From: Nemertoderma westbladi
Taxonomy: Eukaryota; Animalia; Xenacoelomorpha
Assembly (NCBI GenBank): GCA_032718475.1
Contig: JAUCBJ010000054.1
Coordinates: 1-64,000 of the forward strand
Direction of reading: 5' to 3'
DNA: 64,000 bases
The notes under the pieces were generated by a model. The model was not told the DNA's origin and ran no database searches. It saw nothing but the letters and a program-made list of their open reading frames with translations. Shown here one piece after another: positions 58,919 through 64,000 of this stretch; position 1 is the first letter of the stretch; every line of letters starts with the position of its first letter. The position numbers and the translations under genes are program-made.

Positions 58919-61900
58919 AGTACATCTGAAAGAAAAGCCTTGCATGGCACTAAATAAGAAATGCCATAAATGTGGAGAGATTGGGCATTTCTCATCTGTC
59001 TGCAAGAAGTCGAAAGCAATGGTTAGCGCTATTTGCGCCATTGGAATTGATTCGACATCTTTAGACATCCAATTATCAGCAGGGACCGGAGAGGCTACTA
59101 TCAAAGCATTTCCAGATACCCAGGCTACAGTAACAGTTGCTGGGATTAGTCTTCTGGCAGTGCTCGGACTCAGTATAGAGGACCTGGATCCATCACCTGT
59201 GGCAAAGTTGGTTGGTGTTGATAAGAAGCCGATCAAACAGAGGGGATCACTGATCTCAGTCATTCAAGTTGCTGAAGAAGCTACTGGGGAGCGTGTTATC
59301 TTCTGTGAAAATATTGATGGGCTCTACCTCTCTCTGGAAGTTTGCAAGCAACTACATATCATACCAGAAACATTTCCTTATCCTGTTCCAGTTGTTGCTT
59401 CTGTTGGCACAAGAACCCTTGACCCATTAGACCCGACCCCAGAACGGATACCAACTACTGGAGAGATGCCAAACTGGGCCAATCAATGGTGTACCAATTT
59501 GCCAGACATACCAACAGAGTCTCAAATTTCAAAGATCAGAGAGTTCTTATTCAAGAAGTATGAGGATGTTTTCAATACAACAGAACTCAAGACAATGGCT
59601 GGGGCAGGAGTTGGTAAACCAATGAAAATTGTTTTGAAAGAAGATGCAAAACCCTTCATTGTCGGAGCACCGAGACCAGTACCAATGGCCTATAGAGACA
59701 AGGCTGCTAAGGAGTTGAAGCGGATGGTCGATCAAGGTTGGATCTCTCCATTAGCTGATCGCCCTACAGAGTGGGCACATCCGATGGTTGTGGCACCAAA
59801 GCCTAATGGAGATGTGAGAATCTGTGCAGACTTAACAAAGCTGAATTCACAGGTAATACGCACATATCATCCTGTACAGCCGTCTTTTGAGGCAGTCGCC
59901 ACCCTAGTAGCTGGTGGTGGCAATGAATGGTACTTCAAACTGGATGCATCAAAGGGCTACTACCAGATGCCATTAGCAGATGAATCAAAGACAATGACAA
60001 CTTTTGCTACATGGCTTGGGTACTATTATTATAACAGAAGTCCAATGGGATTCACATATACAGGTGACTCTTACTCACTGAGAGGGGATGTAGCACTGAA
60101 AGGCATCAGCGATGTAGTGAAGCAAACTGACGACATTGCTGGAGGGGCCAAAACATTCAAGGACTGCATGGCTAAGTTGATTACAGTCTTGGAGAGATGT
60201 AGAAAATATTCAATCACGCTGAACAAGGAGAAGGCTGAAATCTGCATGAAAACAATCAAGTTTGTTGGCTTCTTAATCAATGGCGAGGGCATCCATGCAG
60301 ATCCAGAAAAAGTAAAAGCAATCCTTGAATTTCCAGAGCCGACAACTAGGACAGAACTGAAGAGTTTCATGGGCCTTGCAAATCAGCTCGGCCATTTTTC
60401 TGCAGAATTCAAGCCAACAGTGGAGCCTTTGCGTCCACTGCTATCAACCAAGACTGAATTCTTATGGGCATCCCCTCAAAAGGCAGCTTTTGAAAAGACT
60501 AAGAATGTGTTGACATCCCTGCCTGTATTAAAGCCGTGGAGGAATACAGCAAAAGAAACTGCCTTGTTTACGGATGCGAGTAGGCATGGATTAGGATTTT
60601 GCCTCATGCAGCGCAATTTAGCTACAGAGCAGTGGTCGCTAATTGAATGCGGATCTCGATTTCTGAGTACAGCTGAGAGTCGGTATGCTGTTATAGAGCT
60701 GGAAGCTCTGGCCATCACTTGGGCAATCAGGAAATGTAAAATGTACCTCTTGGGTCATCCAAACTTTAAAGTCATCACAGACCATGCACCATTACGAGCA
60801 CTTTTCAACTCCAAAACAATTGATCAGGTGGAGAATGTTCGTGTAGCCTCATATAGAACTAAGCTGACAGCATACAACTTCATTGTAGAGTGGAAGAAGG
60901 GAGCACTGAACCTGGCCCCCGATGCACTTTCAAGATATCCAGTATTGAATCCAACAGTGGAAGACCTGGCTGAGAGTTCTGTTACTCCAGAAGGAGCTTG
61001 GGCAACAGTATGTGCAATTGAAACTATAAAGGAAGGGTACATAGATAATGACCTTACGTTACAACGCTTGAAGGATGCGGCAAAAGCTGATACTGATTAC
61101 ACCAACCTGATTGAGGCTATCAAGCAAGGCAAACCTGGAACAACAGGCCTCTCCCGTTGCTACAAGTGTAAGTTTGATGAACTTGCTATTGAGGATGGAC
61201 TGGTGATCATCAATGGGCAGGTGGTGGTGATACCACAGAGGGAACGCAGAAGCGTTCTACAGGCTCTGCATCTTGGACACTCTGGATTTAACAGAATGCT
61301 TCTCAGGGCAAAATCATCGGTGCATTGGCCTTCCATGCGATTTGACCTTAAGAATTTGTCAGATTCATGTGAGCCTTGTCAGATTCTCCGACAGTCACTC
61401 AACCCAGAACCAATCTTACCAACCCCAGTACCACAAGGGCCTTATTCTTCAGTAACAGCTGATCTGTTTCAACATGCAGGGTACTACTACATTGTTTATA
61501 CTGATCGATTCAGTGGATATACTCATACTGCAAGATGGAGAAACTGCCCAACATCAGCACAGGTGATTCGTTACCTTACCCTGATCTATAGGGATACTGG
61601 TATCCCGAGGGAAATCTCAACCGATGGTGGACCTCAATTTAATGCTGCTGAAGCACAGGCTTTCTACAAGAAATGTGGGACTTTCTGGCGCTGTTCCTCA
61701 CCATATTTTCCTCGTAGCAATGGACATGCTGAGGCAGCCGTAAAGCGGGTCAAGCATCTATTCAAGAAGACAAATACTTCTGATCCTGGGGGTATAGAAT
61801 TCGCTTTTGGGTTGTTAGAAATGAATAACACACCCAGCTCGGGAGGTGTAAGTCCAGCAATGCTTGCACTGGGCCGTGAGCAAAGGACACTCGTTCCCCG

Positions 61901-62345
61901 TTTGGAAACCCCAATGGTGACGCCTGCGACACGCACTGCGGGTGCAACCGCTCGAGTTATGAAGACAAAGGAAGCCACAGAAATGAAAATCAGAAAGGCT
62001 AGAAAGCTACAACCAATCGAACAGGGAGAACTTGTCTGGGTTCAGGATCCGAAATCAAGACGCTGGTTCTGTTCCGGTGTTGTAACTGAGATTCTCAACA
62101 ACAATGACTATATAATCGAGACCGATAATGGAAAGGAATACCGCCGTAACCGGATATTTATCCGCCCAAAAAGTGCTCATGCCGCGACACATAGTATAAC
62201 AGCACAACAACACAAAGAGGACGAGGAGAGTCTGGGTGCAGCTCAGCCTGATCATGTTGGACCTATTCAAAATTATACAGTTTATCAACCTAGACGTTCC
62301 GGGCGGGAAAAAAAAATTACAGTACCATATCAGTACATAAATTAA
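58890..62345 (+). CDS. pol: Retrotransposon NC-Pol (zinc knuckles, protease, RT, RNase H, integrase), +1 frame relative to gag
   Basis: CHKCGEIGHFSSVC; FPDTQA; RICADLTKLN, KLDASKGYYQM, PMG, QTDD; FTDASRHGLG, ELEALA, TDHAPL; HLGH...CEPC, TADLF, STDGGPQF, SNGHAEAAV. Confidence 0.95.
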   Translation: MPCSHCGLRKVHLKEKPCMALNKKCHKCGEIGHFSSVCKKSKAMVSAICAIGIDSTSLDIQLSAGTGEATIKAFPDTQATVTVAGISLLAVLGLSIEDLDPSPVAKLVGVDKKPIKQRGSLISVIQVAEEATGERVIFCENIDGLYLSLEVCKQLHIIPETFPYPVPVVASVGTRTLDPLDPTPERIPTTGEMPNWANQWCTNLPDIPTESQISKIREFLFKKYEDVFNTTELKTMAGAGVGKPMKIVLKEDAKPFIVGAPRPVPMAYRDKAAKELKRMVDQGWISPLADRPTEWAHPMVVAPKPNGDVRICADLTKLNSQVIRTYHPVQPSFEAVATLVAGGGNEWYFKLDASKGYYQMPLADESKTMTTFATWLGYYYYNRSPMGFTYTGDSYSLRGDVALKGISDVVKQTDDIAGGAKTFKDCMAKLITVLERCRKYSITLNKEKAEICMKTIKFVGFLINGEGIHADPEKVKAILEFPEPTTRTELKSFMGLANQLGHFSAEFKPTVEPLRPLLSTKTEFLWASPQKAAFEKTKNVLTSLPVLKPWRNTAKETALFTDASRHGLGFCLMQRNLATEQWSLIECGSRFLSTAESRYAVIELEALAITWAIRKCKMYLLGHPNFKVITDHAPLRALFNSKTIDQVENVRVASYRTKLTAYNFIVEWKKGALNLAPDALSRYPVLNPTVEDLAESSVTPEGAWATVCAIETIKEGYIDNDLTLQRLKDAAKADTDYTNLIEAIKQGKPGTTGLSRCYKCKFDELAIEDGLVIINGQVVVIPQRERRSVLQALHLGHSGFNRMLLRAKSSVHWPSMRFDLKNLSDSCEPCQILRQSLNPEPILPTPVPQGPYSSVTADLFQHAGYYYIVYTDRFSGYTHTARWRNCPTSAQVIRYLTLIYRDTGIPREISTDGGPQFNAAEAQAFYKKCGTFWRCSSPYFPRSNGHAEAAVKRVKHLFKKTNTSDPGGIEFAFGLLEMNNTPSSGGVSPAMLALGREQRTLVPRLETPMVTPATRTAGATARVMKTKEATEMKIRKARKLQPIEQGELVWVQDPKSRRWFCSGVVTEILNNNDYIIETDNGKEYRRNRIFIRPKSAHAATHSITAQQHKEDEESLGAAQPDHVGPIQNYTVYQPRRSGREKKITVPYQYIN

Positions 62346-62589
62346 GCAGAACATCGTTCTGCTCAAAGAAAGAAAGAGAGATGTAGTAGGAACCATATAA
62401 CATTATACTGTAATATATCCATGTGCTTATGGTGGAGGGAATTTCAAATGCGATCCTGACTTATATACTTAGATATACTCGTAAACCTTTATTAATGTAT
62501 ACGCCAGTCTCTATTACGTTTGAGTTTCACTTATGTTGTGATATCAACATCTACTCAAAGGCGCTTTAAAACAAATCGTACTTAGGGTA

Positions 62590-62860
62590 TGCACATGAAA
62601 ATAAATGAATTTTTAATCCGCCTCAAAGCAGCTCCAGTTGAACGAGTTAATGGTGGAGAAATTGACGTCGACGTGGATAAACTCGCGTCCAATCACCCTC
62701 CACGGTACCTATCTTACCAAGGGGGAGTTTCACGATGCTGCCTGCCTGCGGTACGGTTGGCATCCCTGGTCTACCCCGGTCCGTTGTGCCTGTGGGACAC
62801 GATCGCGTCGCGTCATCTGCACTGGGCCTGCAACTGGGTGCGACGTTAGGTAAGCTTTGC
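62590..62860 (+). mobile_element. Remnant of a CRE-like (RLE-type) non-LTR retrotransposon C-terminal region
   Basis: STWINSRPITLHGTYLTKGEFHDAACLRYGW...PVRCACG matches the W-P-HG-L-KGEF-DA-CLRY-C-CG pattern I associate with such elements. Confidence 0.55.
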
Positions 62861-63039
62861 GCTACTGCGGGCAAGCCTAGTGAGTTCTCCACTGCGTTAT
62901 GGTGGGGCGGAACTCATTATTCCTGTACAGTATATACGAACTTTCCTGGTTTTTGATTGTCTGTAATCACTACCGTACACAACGTACTACAGTATTGCAT
63001 ATAGTGGATTACAGTAGGACATAATTCATCCATACATTA

Positions 63040-63320
63040 TTGTAATTGTCAAAGAGGCTGGGGCCTTCGAGTCGTCTCCGATGTCCATCTATGATGTTCA
63101 CTGGTCGCTTTTACTCATAAGGAACGTAAACTGAAATGAAACTAAAACGATGGTCTAAAATTTGAAAAAATTTAAAAAATGCACTTGAGAGTTAGAGAGA
63201 CGTATCCTTACATTATTGGTAATTGCCAAGAGAGAGGAGCCTTCGGGTCGCCCCCGGTGTTTCGTCTGTCACGTTCACTGGTCTCTTTTACTTATCAGGA
63301 ACGTAAACTGAAATTAAATT
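63040..63320. repeat. Diverged two-copy direct repeat (~100-bp arms)
   Basis: gccttcg(a/g)gtcg...gttcactggtc..tttttact.at.aggaacgtaaactgaaat occurs twice. Confidence 0.6.
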
Positions 63321-64000
63321 CCACTTAGGTGTTTCTTTTCGAAATTAAAAGCATAAAAAACCATCGGGGTCATATTGACCCCAATGGTCGTTGGTGTGGT
63401 CAAGGTAATTAAATTCAAATTAAAAGCGTAAATTAAATTTTTGGTCTACAAAATTATATGGGTCATGTAGAGCACACAAAAATTGAGGAATTCATGGAAT
63501 TACAGCACCTGAACATTAATTGGACTGAAATTACAACATTTTAAATGTGTCCTTGGGGTCTTAATAGACCCCATGGGTGCCCGTGGTTTAAAGTAGTTCG
63601 CTAATTGCACAAAAACGCCACATTTTTGCCGCAAAAGCTTTAACAAAGCTCTCACTAAGTAGCTGCTGTAACTAATACTAACTCTATGAATACCGCCCCA
63701 GGTTTTTAACATAATTTTAAATTGATAATATCGTGCCTGTGCAACCGGTTTAACGTTGAATAAAATAAAATAAATAATACGATGTGTTGCCATTTTCAAG
63801 TACATTTAACATTTCTAACTAACTAAACTATAAACTTTAGCCCTAATGAATTACTTTTTGCATTGTTTTTACGTAACTTTAATACATTAATATGAAGTTA
63901 GAGATTATCGCGCTTGCTGTTACTTTTATACTCTAAATAATAATTAATATTCTAGAACAAAAACATTAGATTTATAGCGATTTACGTCTCAAAATTTACA

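Larger units (their letters stand above)
55411..62555 (+). mobile_element. Full-length Ty3/Gypsy (Mag-like) LTR retrotransposon
   Basis: 174-bp LTRs (55411-55440 plus 57099-57242; 62382-62555) identical by eye; TSD CAAAG at 55406-55410 and 62556-62560; PBS tggcgcagtg at 57243; PPT at 62365-62381; domain order PR-RT-RH-INT. Confidence 0.95.

Noticed and set aside
58206-62396. Short antisense and alternate-frame ORFs over gag-pol (and similar ones over CTNS, VPS33, TUG)
   Set aside because: Shadow ORFs with no recognisable motifs.
63360-63590. ggggtc...gacccc hairpins ending near TTAA (piggyBac-like MITE end)
   Set aside because: No matching opposite terminus or TSD could be identified.

Overview
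AT-rich, repeat-dense eukaryotic (most likely invertebrate animal) DNA. Every recognisable host gene is a single intron-free reading frame: three cystinosin-family PQ-loop transporters (two near-identical tandem copies plus a divergent head-to-head copy), ASPSCR1/TUG, TTC36, two VPS33(B)-like Sec1/Munc18 paralogs (one with a 1-nt frameshift near its 3' end), and a frameshifted type-II-membrane fibrinogen-domain gene with a truncated 5' duplicate. The rest is mobile DNA: a recent full-length Gypsy/Mag-like LTR retrotransposon whose 5' LTR is interrupted by a younger TGT-flanked DINE/Helentron-like element, several degraded LINEs, Merlin-like MITEs, and about ten minisatellites. Most notable: (1) the VPS33 paralogs are mosaics, nearly identical in two blocks but strongly diverged in the predicted SNARE-contacting domains 1 and 3a; (2) all three cystinosins share acidic substitutions in the predicted substrate pocket; (3) two satellites arose from coding sequence: a 91-bp unit equal to the fibrinogen gene's last ~30 codons and a 34-bp unit from a LINE RT motif. 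All calls were made by eye; no searches were run and copy numbers are approximate.
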